Shown here: one piece after another, positions 12,201 to 26,380 of the stretch
Numbering within the stretch: the first letter of the stretch is position 1
Layout: every line of letters starts with the position of its first letter
From: Octopus sinensis
Taxonomy: Eukaryota
Assembly: GCF_006345805.1 (NCBI RefSeq)
Contig: NC_043008.1
Location: 4,588,001-4,652,000, forward strand
Reading direction: 5' to 3'
DNA length: 64,000 nt
Translations under genes and position numbers: made by a program
Notes under the pieces: generated by a model
The model's database searches: none
What the model was told of the DNA's origin: nothing
The model's input: the letters and a program-made list of their open reading frames with translations, nothing else

Positions 12201-14611
12201 TAAACTCCTCCGTGATTTTTTTAATACATACATGCATGTATATATAATTTGAATTTCAGTAAGTTGTATATATTTCATTGTATATATTTAACTGAGACTA
12301 TGTGTTGAAATTAAAGTGAATGTAAACAATTACATTGTGGAAAAGCCATTTTATGCAATTATGCAAGATGGAATTATATCAATGGCGAGATCATAGAAGT
12401 GTGACAAAAATTTTTGACACTACATAACAAACTACACATTTTAAAAAATAAGCAAAAAGTTAATATAAAAGACAGTTTTGTATTCTTAAATGGTTAAATT
12501 GCATATAAATTTACTTGTGTTATACCCATCAAAAATGATGGTGTCCATTTGAATACAGAATACATTGTGCAAACATAGGACATATAATCTATAGAGAGCT
12601 ACCTGGCTGGCATTGAAAAAATGCCGTAATAGAGAATGGGGAAAAAAGCAGAGCAATAGAGAGAGTGTCATATCATGGTTAATGCACAAACACAATGAAG
12701 AATGGTTTAAAGGGAGATTGAAAAAACAGTCACCATGAGTCAGTTAATTTAGACTGAATGCACTAATTGATGGTTTGTTTATTTTTACACCAATTTTTGT
12801 TGATATACATCAGTGAAAGGTATACACATGCATATGTATATTTGTGCATGTGTGAATGTGCCTGTGGTTAAATTGTTTGCTTTATAATCAAAAAGTTATG
12901 AAGCAAATATATTCTAAACATTATGATATATTACAAAAGTACTAAAATTAAAAGCCTCCTTAACAATAACGAGTGTTTAAACCCAAGCACATGCTAAAAG
13001 TGACCAATGGGATTTATAAATTTGATTGTGAGAGTGAAAGTTGTAAAGTTTATGACTACTACTGTTATATTGGCCATATAACTACAATACTGTCTCACAG
13101 GCTTTCTATGCACTTACAATGAGGAGCAGTCACAGCTATTTACACTGTAAACATAATAAAAAACTTGATGGGAAGACATTAGTAAACAATGCATAGACAC
13201 TGTATAAAATGTTCCATAAACCTAGACAATTAATAATGGAAACATTTAATCAAAACAGAGAATATTGCTAGAACAAACATGCAAACATATACATCATCAG
13301 CAAAATAAACATGTGAGTAATGTTTAAATCTAACAATCGAATTTGAATTCCAACATTCCAACATCTAAACCAATTAAATAAAGACGTCAATAGAAATCAT
13401 ATTTACTTGCCACAGAAGAGGCATTTACACATATCAATAAAACTTTACATCCAAATACAGTAAGTAAAAGTTAGAAATATTGATGATGGATTTAGGAACT
13501 TTATTGTTGCAGATGAACTATGAAGAACTCGTATGAAAATATAAAAACACTAATAAAAAGGTTAAAACTAAAACACAGCCAGGTTTTCAATACATGTCCT
13601 AAAACAAAAGTGTTGCAACTTTTCTTGTCATTCTTTTACATTTTTTCCAGCAATTGACTGTGTACAGGCTTTCTTGCTATCACTTTAGCATGACATTCCG
13701 TGACCCCATTTTTAACCTTTCCACAATTTCTGTTGTTCTTTGTTCTTTTCTCAATTGTCAGCTCTGTTTATTTATCTGTTGACTTTCCTGAAGACAGAAA
13801 GCAATTTTCTTCCTTTCCTTTGTTTCTGACTATTACTTTCCTTTTCTCCTGACTGGTTATTACATAATAGTTTTCATATTTTACAATGGATATCTCTTAT
13901 CAGCTTTTTAGATGCATAAAATCTCTACTTCTCTATATTCATGATAAATGTAATATTTATACGTCAGTCCTTGAACAGTATTTTCTATTGGTTTTCTGTT
14001 GGTCATCTCTTCTATTTTTATTCTATTTTTATTCTATTTTTATTCTATTTTTTTCTCCTTCTTATTGGTTTTCTGAACGGTCTTAGTCATTTCTTTTAGC
14101 ACCTATTTGGGAAAATCGTAATTGTAATTTACTGAATGGAAGGCTATAGACATTGATAACTTTTTTTTTCTGCACCATCAATTTTGAGGGGACACATCCT
14201 GTACTCAAAGAGAGCCTTTCTCTTCTAGATAATAACCTATGCACTTGTCATAAAACCCATTTTCTCAACTTCATCTATGAAAAGTCTCCCAGAAATTCTT
14301 GATTCGCTTTTCCCATGCCATGTAAGTGGACTGGCAACAAAAACTGGAAGAAAATAATTGCATTTTATTCATCAGGATAAGCTGAGGTTGACATGGGTTG
14401 ACCTGAATCAGTGACGGCCCCTCTCCAACTCAAGGGATCTTTATTTGTTGTTATTTTATTGGTGTACACTGTCATTGCTATTCATTGTTGTTTAATTGAT
14501 TTCACCTTCTGACAGGATTTAAATATCTCACCATTCTTTGTTGTTTCCTTTCATATTTTGCCTTTGTACTGTCTTTAATATCTGGGGCATTTGTGCCCTG
14601 TACAAAGCCAC

Positions 14612-14649
<38 letters not shown>

Positions 14650-14650
<1 letters not shown>

Positions 14651-14845
14651 GATAGCTAGCTGTTAAAATTGTTACTGCAGCAGACAAAATGCTTACCAGT
14701 ATTTCTTCTGGCTCCTAAAATTCTGAGTTCAAATGTCACCAATCCTTTTGGGATTTATAAAGTTAAGCACCAGTTCAGGTCAGGCATTGATTTAATCAAT
14801 TTCCCCATTCTTCTCAGATGCTTGCCTTGTGTCAAAATTCGAAAC
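14650..14845 (+). mobile_element. Decayed SINE, family C, following an (ATT)n tract
   Basis: AAAATGCTTA..TTCTGAGTTCAAAT B-box-like motif and ATTATTAT tail as in 19010-19220. Confidence 0.7.
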
Positions 14846-16039
14846 TATTATTATCCCTATTATTATTTGTCAAACAGCTGTTATCACATAGAGGAGGAAT
14901 CAGGCTGCTGGCCAAATCTATTATTCCGGATCTCACCTCTGTCATCCATTGGCATGGAAAAGAGAGCAGTCTTCTTTTGTCTGATGACTATGGCAAAGGA
15001 AGTAGCACAATGAATGTCTTAAAGATTTTAGAACAAAGCTTTTCTTCTCCAAGCCAAGCCCTCTTCAACTTCTTCAAGTATTAGTTGAGGAAGAGGGAGA
15101 GGATAGACAAGAAGGTACTGCTTCCCAGTAAATTTTCTGAAAGAGGGACAAGAGTGGGGGATATTGGCATAGCCAAATAGATCATATTAACTGTGCAGGC
15201 AGACTGGCATAAAAAAAGAAAACTGGGAGAAGGCAATTGACTTTGGTGTGTCTAAGTGATCTGGGTGTTATGTTGGTGTGTGATAGGGTGTTCTGAATCA
15301 TCTAAAAGTGGTTGCACCCTATCTTGGAAACTTTGTTCTTTTTTTTTGTCCTGTACTGTTAGGGGCTATTTAATATTATCCTATTAATGTCTTTTTATTG
15401 TTATTGTTGGTCCCACCCTTTATTCAACGGAAGTCCCCACTGTTTTTTATTTGTTGTTTTTCCATGTATTTCATCTTTGCAGCCTCCCACCATCTTGAGC
15501 TCTTGTAGTAAATAAATGAAATCATCCTAGCCTTGTGCCTCTCTATATAAGAAAATATTGTTATTATTATGTTTTGCCTTTGATTTAATTTCTACAAGCT
15601 GCAGCCAAGTCTCAACCAGAGACACCAAGTGACAACAAAATTTTGTATCTAAAGATGCAAGCAGGTGAGGTGCCATGGAACAACTGATGTCTGTGTGTCA
15701 TAAAAACAATTTATTCTCTTTTATAAAATTCATAATCAATTGAACAAACTGGATTGTATTTACACAGAGATCTTATGTAAGATGTGTGAAATATACATAA
15801 ATATGAACTTGTTGCAATTCACTTAGTTTGGGACCACCAAGAAGTTGGTAGTCTACATATTTGTTTCCTCCTTATGATATTATTCCAGTGTTCTAATAAC
15901 AATAGGTAACGTTGTTGCTTTGAGACGCCTTATTCTTCTGATATATCTGGTTCCCAAGAACTTATTCCAAAGCTGTTATCAGATAGTCATTCCTTTTACC
16001 AACAATTCTGAGAATATGGTCTTTTTCCATGCCAGTACC

Positions 16040-16250
16040 AGAGCTTACATGCAATTATTCAAACTGCTAGAAATAGCAGGAATATTTCTTTCAAATAACA
16101 CCTTATTGTTTTTTAAAAACAAATAAAGAAAAAAACATTGGGTAAGATAGTTCAGTGCATACAATGTCTGAAAACAAGACAAGAGGGTCAAACCTTTGAT
16201 AGTTTGACCGAATTGAGATTGACACAAAGCTAAATAGCAGCAACAGCAGT
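16040..16250 (+). mobile_element. Family E short interspersed repeat
   Basis: CTGCTAGAAATAGCAG...GCTAAATAGCAGCAACAGC; same family as 54070-54270. Confidence 0.7.
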
Positions 16251-17858
16251 ATATATGGTCTTCTCTTTTGAAAGTGTTTGTTTGAATATTTCAGTCTAAA
16301 TCTCCTCAATTATCTCTTCTATTTTCCAGATTCATTTTCAGCAATCACATTAACCTTTCCATCCATTTTTTTGCTTTTTGCTTTTTGTATTTTTGTGTCA
16401 CTCAACCTCACAGAAATAGAAACTAAATTTCCTTCAGCTCATACTCTTATCACTTTGAAGAAAGAAAAGACATACATGATATATTCGGGGTTCAATTCAA
16501 CAACTGTCCCCTACAAATTTGTTCTTTTGCCATAATAAAGAAATCAATATTTTTGCACTTAAAAACATAATTATGCACTTACTCTGTATATGTGCGGGTG
16601 TCTGTGTGTGCGTGCATGTGTGTGTGTGCGCATGCACTTGCATGCACATTTCTGAGCATTTCTGTTATTCGGTTCCGTTTTCAAAATTCTATATTGAGGA
16701 ACATTCTTAGAAGTGTTAATATTTTATTATGGTTAACTTTTGCCCAACATTGGTTTTTGGGAAATGCACTGGCTGAAAATTTCCTCTGCTTTGTTCATCA
16801 TTCAAAATAGTTATCAATGTAAATTCTATTAATACTGGTGTACCTGATCGATCAATATAGATTGAAGATAAGTTTATCTTAGTTAAAATGTAATAGAAAT
16901 TGTAATAAAATGAAGTTAACACAAAGAAAGTTATATATCTAAATATATATTTAAGTATTTAGATATTTATATGCAATAAACTATGGGAGCAAAAACCTCA
17001 AAGCCTCTAGAGAGAGGAATTATTTTAGTTCAGAATCTTTTGTCAAATATATCTTCAGACTTTTTTTTTTCTCGTAATTGTGAGTTTGTACAGAACGTAT
17101 ACATACGTGTGTAGTAACTTCTGCTGAAGTTAGAACTTGCAGCCATGCTAATAGAAGATGCATCCCACAAACAGGGGAAAACTTTGGTAAAAATTATCAA
17201 AACTCTACATAAAATTTTTTTAAATATAAAACTCTACATAAAATCGTAATTGCCCTGTTAATAACACACACACACACACACAGATGGTAGTGTGCTGCCA
17301 GTTAGGTAACTTTGGGAGTATACTTTTTCCCACCATGGGTGATTTGATAAAAGTTCCTTGTTGCCTGTGTGCCGTATTTCCTGACATTATCCATAGTGGC
17401 CATATTGTATTAATATTAAAGCAGCGATTGTAGAGATATACTCATTTCAAATAGTTTGCTATAAATTCTTAGGTTAGAAAACACCTGAGGGATTAATGCA
17501 AAAATACTTGGTCTGTTAATAAAAAAGCTTGCTTGAAAAGTATTTCAGAAAAATATTGGTTACAATAAATAGGAACTATTTCAGAGCCTTATTCAGTTGT
17601 AATCAGTTATATATGCTTTATGCAAACCACTGCTGTTTTAGCCCATCCTACCAACCATTTGTTTGAGTTTGTCCTTCTCCTAAAACTGTAGTTATGTCTG
17701 TATATGTGACTGTCTCATAGACTGAAGATTGCATATATGTGAGAGAGAGGAAAAGAGAGAGAGAGAGTGTTCGTGGGTATGTGCAGGTGTGTGTGTGTCC
17801 ATCAGCTACATAGCTTTTATCTTTACCATCCCCCTACCAATACTTGTCAATTTCAAAG

Positions 17859-17925
<67 letters not shown>

Positions 17926-19009
17926 AAGATGTAAAGCATGACCAGAGAAATCAACCAACCAAGATTTATGTTGACTATTGTGTGTGTGTGTGTGTGTGTC
18001 TTTGTGTTTGGAGGGAGAGAGTAAAAAGGAAAAAGACATTTGGAATTTGCTCTGGATTTTATAACATTCTTTGTTTAAGTCCCACAGGGGTCAACTTTCA
18101 CTTTCATTCTTCCATGGTTGACACAAACTTTGATCAGTGCTATCAACTAAACACCCCACCCCACCTTAAGACTGTTAGTCTTCTACCTAAGTTAGAAGCC
18201 CTTATTATCACTATCGTTATCTACCCAATGCTTTCGCATTTTCCACTCTACTAGAGACTCTCTGCAAATCTAGAGTGGAACAGAATTGATTAATGAGTCT
18301 TTCCTTACTTTATTCATAGAATATGGGCATTTTCTGAGAATTCTATTTTCTGGAATTCCCCTATAGAATATCACCCAGACAGTTCTTTGATTTTGTTTCC
18401 ATACCTTAACGACTGGTGCTGCTCTTGTATCTGTATTCCACATTTTCCCCTGTATAAACATCCTGGTCTATATTGGAAAATCTTTCAATCTCTTTTCCCT
18501 TGGTTGTTGGTTCCAAAACTTATTTTCTCTTGGAGCCCTTACATGTTTATCTAAAAACTGTGAAATCATATCTATATTTTATGGACAATCCTCACCAACT
18601 TATTTTTAATAAAACATGAAACGATATAAAAATTGTTTCAAAGAGAAAATTTATTTACTTACAAAACAACAACATACAATAACTTATAATTTTGAAAACG
18701 GTGAACACCAATTTTTCATCAAATATATTTTTCTATTAAATTTTATTTAAGGGCATCTTATGCCATAAAATCCTAGAATATTTTCATAAAACCTACATTG
18801 AAAAACAATGACTTAAATGTTTTTTATGATTTGGCCAAACTACATCAATTAGTGAATAATTTGATCTTTGGTGTTTTTATCATGATGTCCATTCAGTTTG
18901 CTCTTGTCTCCTTGTCAGTAAGTACTTGCATATTCCAGAAAATCACACCATTCTCATTTTCAACCCCAGACTTTGGGATACATTTTATCAATCTTTTTGT
19001 AGCTGAGGC

Positions 19010-19232
19010 CTTGAGCTGGCAGAATCATTAGCAAGTTGGACAAAATGCTTAGAAGCATGTCATCCGTCTTTACACTCTGAGTTCATATTCTACCCAGGTC
19101 AACTTTATCTTTCGTCCTTTCAGGATTGATGAAATAAGCACCAGTTGAGCACTGAGGTTGATGTAATCAACAAGACCTCCTCACCCAGTATTTCAAGCTT
19201 TGTGACTATAGTAGAAAGGATTATTATTATTA

Positions 19233-19281
<49 letters not shown>

Positions 19282-19291
19282 GTTGTTGTTG

Positions 19292-19330
<39 letters not shown>

Positions 19331-19860
19331 GTATGGCAGTGGATGAAGACAGTGAGCTGACAAAATCATCAGCTCATCAAACAAAATGCTTGGCGGCATT
19401 CTTCTGGTTCTTTATGTTCTGGTTTCAAACTGCACCAAGGATAACTTTGCCTTTCATGCTTTTGAGGTCAATAAAATAAGTACCAGTCAAGTCCTTGAGT
19501 TGATACAATGAACTAAACTCCTACCCCTAACATTACTGACCTTGTGCCAAAGTTTGTAAGAAAATTGTTTGCATGCTGGACAGAATGCGTCAAAGCAGTT
19601 CTTCTGCCTTTATGTTCTGAGTTCAAATTCCACTGAGGTTGCCTTTCATCTTTTTGGGTTGGATAAAATAAGTACTGGTTGAGTGCTGTGGCTAATTTAA
19701 TCAACTAGCCCCCCCCCCTCCCACAGGATTTCAGGCCTTGTGTCTCTAGTAAAAAGGATTATTATTAAACCTGGCAGAATTGCTAAATCTCTTCTGCTAT
19801 TTTGCTGCTTACCTTTGTTTTGTGAGTTTTAATGCCAATAAGATCAACTTCACCTCATGC
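19010..19860 (+). mobile_element. Head-to-tail array of 3 full and 1 partial family C SINEs separated by (ATT)n
   Basis: Repeats of (GAGC)TGGCAGAATC..AAAATGCTT..TTCTGAGTTCAAATTCC..CTTTGCCTTTCATC..AAAATAAGTACCAG at ~19010, 19345, 19565, 19770; (ATT)n/(GTT)n at 19220-19330. Confidence 0.85.
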
Positions 19861-19984
19861 AGGTGTATGTGCAGGCATTTTATATTTTCAGTTTGTGATT
19901 CTATACACAATATCGACTGAATACACAGAGAATTTTATTTTCTACCATAATACTATATTTTTTTTATGTGGTCCAATAGAAGAA

Positions 19985-20205
19985 ATTCTACTTGGTCTCT
20001 GCTAGAAATAGCAGTGGAATCTTCTTCTATATCATACTCTATTACTTTTATTTAAAAAAAAACAAAAAGAAAATACAAAGAATTCATTTGATAAAGTGGT
20101 CTGAAATAAATTAAGCCAGGACAAAAAGACGAGATGGTCAAAGCTGGAATTCCTTTACTCACAGGTTCACTTAACCAAAGCTGAACTAGGACTAAACAAC
20201 AACTG
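19985..20205 (+). mobile_element. Family E repeat
   Basis: CTGCTAGAAATAGCAG...GCTGGAATTCCTTT...GGACTAAACAACAAC. Confidence 0.75.
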
Positions 20206-20367
20206 TATTTTGTGTAATTTTCTTCTCTTTTCCCTCCCCTTCATTCTTACAATTCCTTCTTCTTTACTCCAGTAGACCTGTGTATCCTATTTACAGTTTA
20301 TTTCTGTATTTTGCCTTATTCTAGTATACTCTTCTGTATCCCATATTTTTACTTTTGTCAGTCCAGG

Positions 20368-20770
20368 CATGGCTGTGGGGTTAAGGAGTTTACTTCCTGA
20401 CCACAAAGTTTTGGGTTCAGTCCTTCTGTAATGCACCTTGAGCACATGTCTCCTACTTTAGCTCTGAGCCAAGCAAAGCCTTGTAAGTGGATTTGGTTGA
20501 AAGAAACTGGAAAAGCCTGTCTGCATGTGTGTGTGTGTGTGAGAGAGAGAGGGAGAGAGAGAGCATTTGTCGAGGCATTGTATGATTGTTTCAAATGAAT
20601 GCCATTCATTTCCCATATTCTGCAAAATGAAACATGTCTGGACATGTAGAAATATTATGTTGCTTGGAAACAGGTAAAGATTGGCAACAGGAAGAGTATC
20701 CAGCTGTAAAAGATCCAACCTATGCAAGCATGGGAAAGTGGACACCAAAACGACAATGATGACCATGATA
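20368..20770 (+). mobile_element. SINE family B: family A tRNA-like head joined to an RTE-type tail
   Basis: Head GCATGGCTGTG..GGGTTCAGTCC as in family A; tail ..TATCCAGCTGTA..CCTATGCAAGCATGGGAAAGTGGAC..ACGACAATGATG as in RTE 3' ends. Confidence 0.78.
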
Positions 20771-20842
20771 TGAAGGAAAGCAACTTCTTTCAAGCAACGT
20801 TCAGATTATAAGAGGTTGATATATTTTAAGCAATTACTTTAA

Positions 20843-21302
20843 CTCTTTCCTCACCATATTTCAAACTAAACCCACTGCCCCTGCATTTCAATTAATTTTT
20901 AAAATAATCGATAATTTGGAGGGTAAAAGAAAAGATAAAAGTAAAATAACTTTTTCATTTTTAATTAAGAAAAGCATCGTTACATAAAATTATAATGAAA
21001 GGCTTTAATTTATATGTGTGGGTGGAGAAGGGAATCTCAGAGGGGAGACATTCAGGAGAGGAAGATTTTGATAATGTAACACTCTGCCGATCAGTTTCAA
21101 TTAATTTCGTAAATAATCAAAAATTTGGAAGGATTTATTAAAGTAAAACAACTAACTTTTTTCTTTATTCTTAAATTAGTGTTTGGAACGTAACTTAAAA
21201 GGTTCTTACTCAAAATGATAATGCAAAGTTTTCATTTATATAAGAATGGTTTTTAAAGTATAGAATGAAAGACAAGTTTTAGGCAGGTTGGTATCAAAAT
21301 GG
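20843..21302. mobile_element. TTAA-flanked piggyBac-type MITE with internal ~210-bp duplication
   Basis: TTAA at 20839-20842 and 21303-21306; ends CTCTTTCCTCACCA / reverse complement CCATTTTGATACCA; TTTCAATTAATTT..AAATAATC..AATTTGGA block at 20886 and 21095; internal similarity to 43451-43668. Confidence 0.6.
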
Positions 21303-21959
21303 TTAATATCACAGCATAATTGTAACTTTAATTTCTTCAGTAATAGAATTTTGGTGAAAATTTATGCTACCACCAAGAACTTTGTAGCAAGTTAAAAATA
21401 AAATTGTGAAATTTATGCATCTTCTTCCTTGTACTCCTTAATTTCAAGTTTCTAATCCCACCTTGTGTTGTGAAGGGAGAGTTATCTCCTTGGTCATAAC
21501 AAAGGTCATAACTGGACGGTGTTACATGTGTTTATACTATCATTTACTTGTTTATTACCTTTTTTTTTCTCTGTTGCTCACTAAATCATTCAAGTTTGTT
21601 ATCTTTGTATAATGTTTTACAACTTAGTCCAGACTAAACACCATTTTATGTTTATGGCTGAGTCAAAATGAGGTCTTGTACTCATCATCTTTGCAGAATC
21701 TTTGATAATGGTAACGTTGATATACTTCATATTCAGCTTGAACATCTCTATATTTCAACATCTGCAGGATAAAGGGATTCCAGAGGGATTACATGCTGGG
21801 AAAGGAGGATTGTTTGTGAGGATTGTAACCTACTTGGTATAAGTTATTCCCAATCCTCCCTGCTTAGATATTTCTTACATTTCTCATGGACATTTTGGAG
21901 AAGCTGTGGCTTTCAACATTGATGAGCATTTCTTCCTGTTTCAAGCCAATGAAAGAGAT

Positions 21960-22150
21960 TCCATCTGCTCACTCAAAATAGCAGCTAAATTCTACTCATT
22001 TTATACCTTACCATCTTGAGAGAAGAGAAAGGATACATTGCATAAATGTCATCCCAGAAACATTGTTTCTGTAAATATGATGGGATCGTCACAGTTTGAA
22101 CACCCTCTGCCATAATATCTGCTCGATCAGGGTTGATTAATGGCTCCATG
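21960..22150 (+). mobile_element. Family E repeat (decayed)
   Basis: AAAATAGCAGCTAAAT...GGATACATTGCATAAATGT...CTGCTCGATCAGGGTTGA. Confidence 0.65.
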
Positions 22151-22254
22151 ACAACAGTCCTATTTCTGCGTCAAGTAATGGTTTGTCTTCTTTGTATATG
22201 TTGTTCCTGGCCTATCCAGCTTTTCTAGATTCTAACCACAACAGCATTTATTTA

Positions 22255-22317
<63 letters not shown>

Positions 22318-23180
22318 ATATATATATATAAATGTTTTCATGTCAAGTTACATATATAGAAATAAAACAATTTGACATAAAACTGAAGAATTACTCAAAA
22401 CATTTATTCAACTTTTACATAAAGAGGGTTGATAGTGACTTCAAAGTTTGAGCCAGCTAACCTTTATTGGGGAATTTGATGAAGGACAGCAGGTTAACAT
22501 TTTGAAGTTATTGCCATCCTTCTTCCTATAAAAGTCTAATAATATATATTACAAATGTGTGTGTGTTTATATGTATATGCACACACACATAACTTGGAGG
22601 CTTTATTTCACGGTTTCTTATAATCTCTATTTGAGAAGTTTTATTTTGCTTTTTCATTTTGTTTTTATCATCAAATCCTTTGACATTCTTAATCATTATT
22701 TTATAATCTGATTGATTTTAAACTATAGAAAATAGTTCCTAATTTGTTTATGTTTCCTTTTTGCCTTTTATTAATATTTCTTATTCATCTCTTTTTTTTG
22801 TTTTCTTGGTATATGTATGAAACCTTTGTGTGCTGTGTCTAATAATCTACTTTTTAAAATTCTATTCTAGTTATTTACTTTGTAACAACTTTTCTAATTG
22901 GATGGCTCCTACTTTCCAATCTGTATAATTTTTTTCTTTTTTCAGTTCACTTAATTTTCAGTCTTTTTACATCATTAAACTATTTGGCTAATTACCATGA
23001 CAACTAATATTTTCATTGAAATCACTTTTCTTCCTGGCATCATCTTCCGTTCCTTGTACTAAACCTAATTCACTTTATATAGTCGTCATTTACATTTTTT
23101 TTGTTTTAACTTTTCTTCAGTTGCATTTTGTACATGGCTTTCTGCGTCTATTTTTAAATGTGTGTCTGTGTATGTATATT

Positions 23181-23212
<32 letters not shown>

Positions 23213-24429
23213 GTTTAATTATTTGCAATAAACAGTATTACATCTACAGTCTCTCGGTCCTTTGTTTGGACATGAATGTTCAACAAAGGGACTGGCCAAA
23301 CGCAGCTACTGTATGGAGTGTATAATCACTGTTTAGCCATCTGTGTATCATACTTAAATGTCTCCCTATGATATTTATTGTGTTTTTTAACACAGCTCAT
23401 CCATAAGAAATGTTATCTCATGATGACTAAAACAGCAGCTGGCTTATCAGCAGTGTATTTGCATTGAGTCTGGTACATAGATGGCTTTTTAAAATTTAAT
23501 TCTGCCTGAATTGCGTCTGCTGGATTTTTAATCACTGTTCATTTCACACAACCCATAGAACACACTCTGCACTTCCCAAACCATTTTGTATTGAGCATTG
23601 CTTTAGTTTTGGTATCACAAAATAAGCACATACACATAAGTGTGTGTGTGTGTACATTTATTTGGTTTGATATAAGGGAACTTTCTACATATTATTTACT
23701 TGTTCATCTTGCCTATGTTGTTAGTTTTCTTTTTTCATTATTTATTTATAGATTTGTTTATTTATTTTGGTGTTAAGTCTATGCACTTCTGTAGACATGA
23801 TTATTCATCTACTTGCTGTCACTGAAGCTGTAGGCCCCGTATTAGATGTCCCCTCTTTATCAATATCAATATTATTATTCTCATTATTTATCAATTGGCA
23901 TCAGATGTGTTATAAAGCTGCCACTGGGTGTATGGGTTTTTTTCCTATTATTTTGGTGAGTAGAAATTGCATTATATTGTAACTATAGGTGAATTTAAAT
24001 ATAAATTTTAAAAATTCAAATAAATTGTTATCAGATACCATTTAGGAAGTGACTTCCAGTTGATATCACTGTTCATAAGTTATTTTCATGAATCTCTTAA
24101 TATTCTGACTTGATCAGTTTTGAGATTCTATCACAACATTAGTTAGAACGATAGAAGTGATGGAGTGGCACGTGCAGTAGAATAAGTTGCTAGGATAATG
24201 AAGCTTTCCACAGGGCTTTTTGATTGTGTGAAAGAAAATAAGTGAATGAATGGTTTGAAGGAATTTTATGAAAGACACATAAATTGAAAATGCATTGAAA
24301 GGTAACCGTAGCTTGGGCTTTGGTACCAACAACAGGTACAGTTGCTTGAGCTACTCGAAATAACATCCAGATTTCCCATGTCATATCGTATCTTAGTGTC
24401 CTGAATAATAAAATGAAAAGGTCCTGCAA

Positions 24430-26380
24430 TACAGTCCTTGGTATAACTGAAATGACAAAGTGGTCTGGGCTAAAACACCTTTTGTTATGGTTATTCTCAG
24501 TCTGAGTTCACTCGGGGCTAAACAACAGCAACAAAACAGCAATTGCAATATTTGCTGCATCATCACCAACAAAAGAAAAAAGATCATTTGCAGCATCGGA
24601 AACCGTTGTACTGTTACTTGGCCTGATAGAAATAGCAACCAAATCTCCCTCAAATGCAACCTTATCATCGTTAAAAGAAAAATAACATAAGGCTCATTGG
24701 TTGAAGTAGTTCTAGAGAAACTATGTCTGAAAATAGACTGGATGGTCATAGCTGGAAATTCTGCTCAATTAGGGCTTACTTGAAACTAAATCATATCAAG
24801 AAGAATTAGAATAACAACAGTAACACTACACTAACAACTGTAGAAGCCACAGTGACAACAACATCTGCAATACCACAACTAAGATTATTGTCTGAAACAA
24901 GACAACGAGGGAATCTCTATGTGGTTGCTCTACTTACTAGAAATAACCGCTAGATCAACCGATATCAAACTCTGCCATCTTAAAGAAAGAAAGACTATAT
25001 TAGATAATATAGTCTGAGATATACTATATTTAAATAGAAGACTGGATGGCCATGGCTAGTTTTTATTTAATCCCAGATTTCTTTGATCAAGGCTGACCTA
25101 GGGCCAAAACATAAACAACAACATCATCAGAAATGACAGCTAATCTGCAGCAGTATCGTTATCATCAGAAAAGGTCTACTTTGTTTTTTCTATGAAAGAC
25201 TGGACAACATTTAAATATATTACTCACAAAAGAGGATTAGAATTGATGCTATTTTCCAGCACTTTACGCACCACATGAAGACAGGTTTTTGTGAAAAAAA
25301 AGACAAAATTGGATTATTCTGATATTTACACTCCAAATTTTTTGAGAAAGGATTTGATATTCTTCTCAACAAAAGCATGGATAATTTCTCAAGCATTTGT
25401 GGTCCTCCAAATCAAAGTAGTTTAACATGTGATTGATGCTACCAAAAAGTATGAACTATTATGATATAACAATCTGACAATCATATTTCCTCTTCTTTCT
25501 CTCAAAAATTAAAATCAGAGATTTAGAATTTGTCTCATAAAAGAGTATTTCTAAATCAATGATCTAATATTTATAAAACACATTATAATTTCCCCCTGAA
25601 AAGAATCAGAAATAGTTTTGAAGTTTCATAAGTTTAATTAATGACAAGTGAAAAATTTAAATACAATTCTCTGTAGTATACTTTTGAGAAGAGAGAGAGA
25701 GAGAATGAGAGAGAGAGATTGGTGATAAAGGAGAGGAAGTTTGTATAAGTCTATGGTCATAATATACACTTAAAAGTGGTTTGACATATAAAATAGTAAC
25801 AACAACAACAACAATAGTAAAGGACCTGAGAGAACTTACACGTAATTCAATCTGCTAGAAATAGAAACCACACCCTTTTTTTTAATAGAATGCAGGACTC
25901 AATGGGTAAGATATGAACATATAAAAATCCGGTTGGAATGCCTTTGATCATAGGACTGCTTGGTTATGGTTGACTCTGGGCTAAAATTATAACAAACACA
26001 ACAATAAAAATACTATGATCAGCTCAAAGACAACTGGAACCTCAAGAACATAATCAAAAGGAAAATAGAACTACAACTGGAATGACAAAAAAGCTGGCCA
26101 AACAATGGACAAATTGAAAGAATATGCTAAGAGTTTTAGTGACCCCCTCCCCCTCCCTACCGGTAACATGGATGGAAGAAGTGGATAAAAGTCTGCTGAA
26201 GAGAACCCGTACAGGGTTGTTGGGCCTGCTAGAAATAGCAGCTGAATCTAAGCGTAAACTATTTAAAAAATAAATAATAGAACACACTGGACCATAGAGT
26301 TCTACATCCACCATGACTAGAAGAGGTTGGATGGTTAAAACACTTTTGGTCATAGGTTTATGGGTTTGGGCAACCAAACA
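24430..26380 (+). mobile_element. Cluster of five same-orientation family E repeats
   Basis: Copies at ~24430 (3' part), 24600, 24910, 25820, 26200 with CTAGAAATAGC..AAATCTCCCTCAAAT, GGATGGTCAT.GCTGGAA, GGGCTAAACAAC motifs. Confidence 0.75.

Noticed and set aside
23257-23292. 36-nt imperfect hairpin, possible pre-miRNA
   Set aside because: Too short, 2-nt loop, and flanks do not extend the stem.
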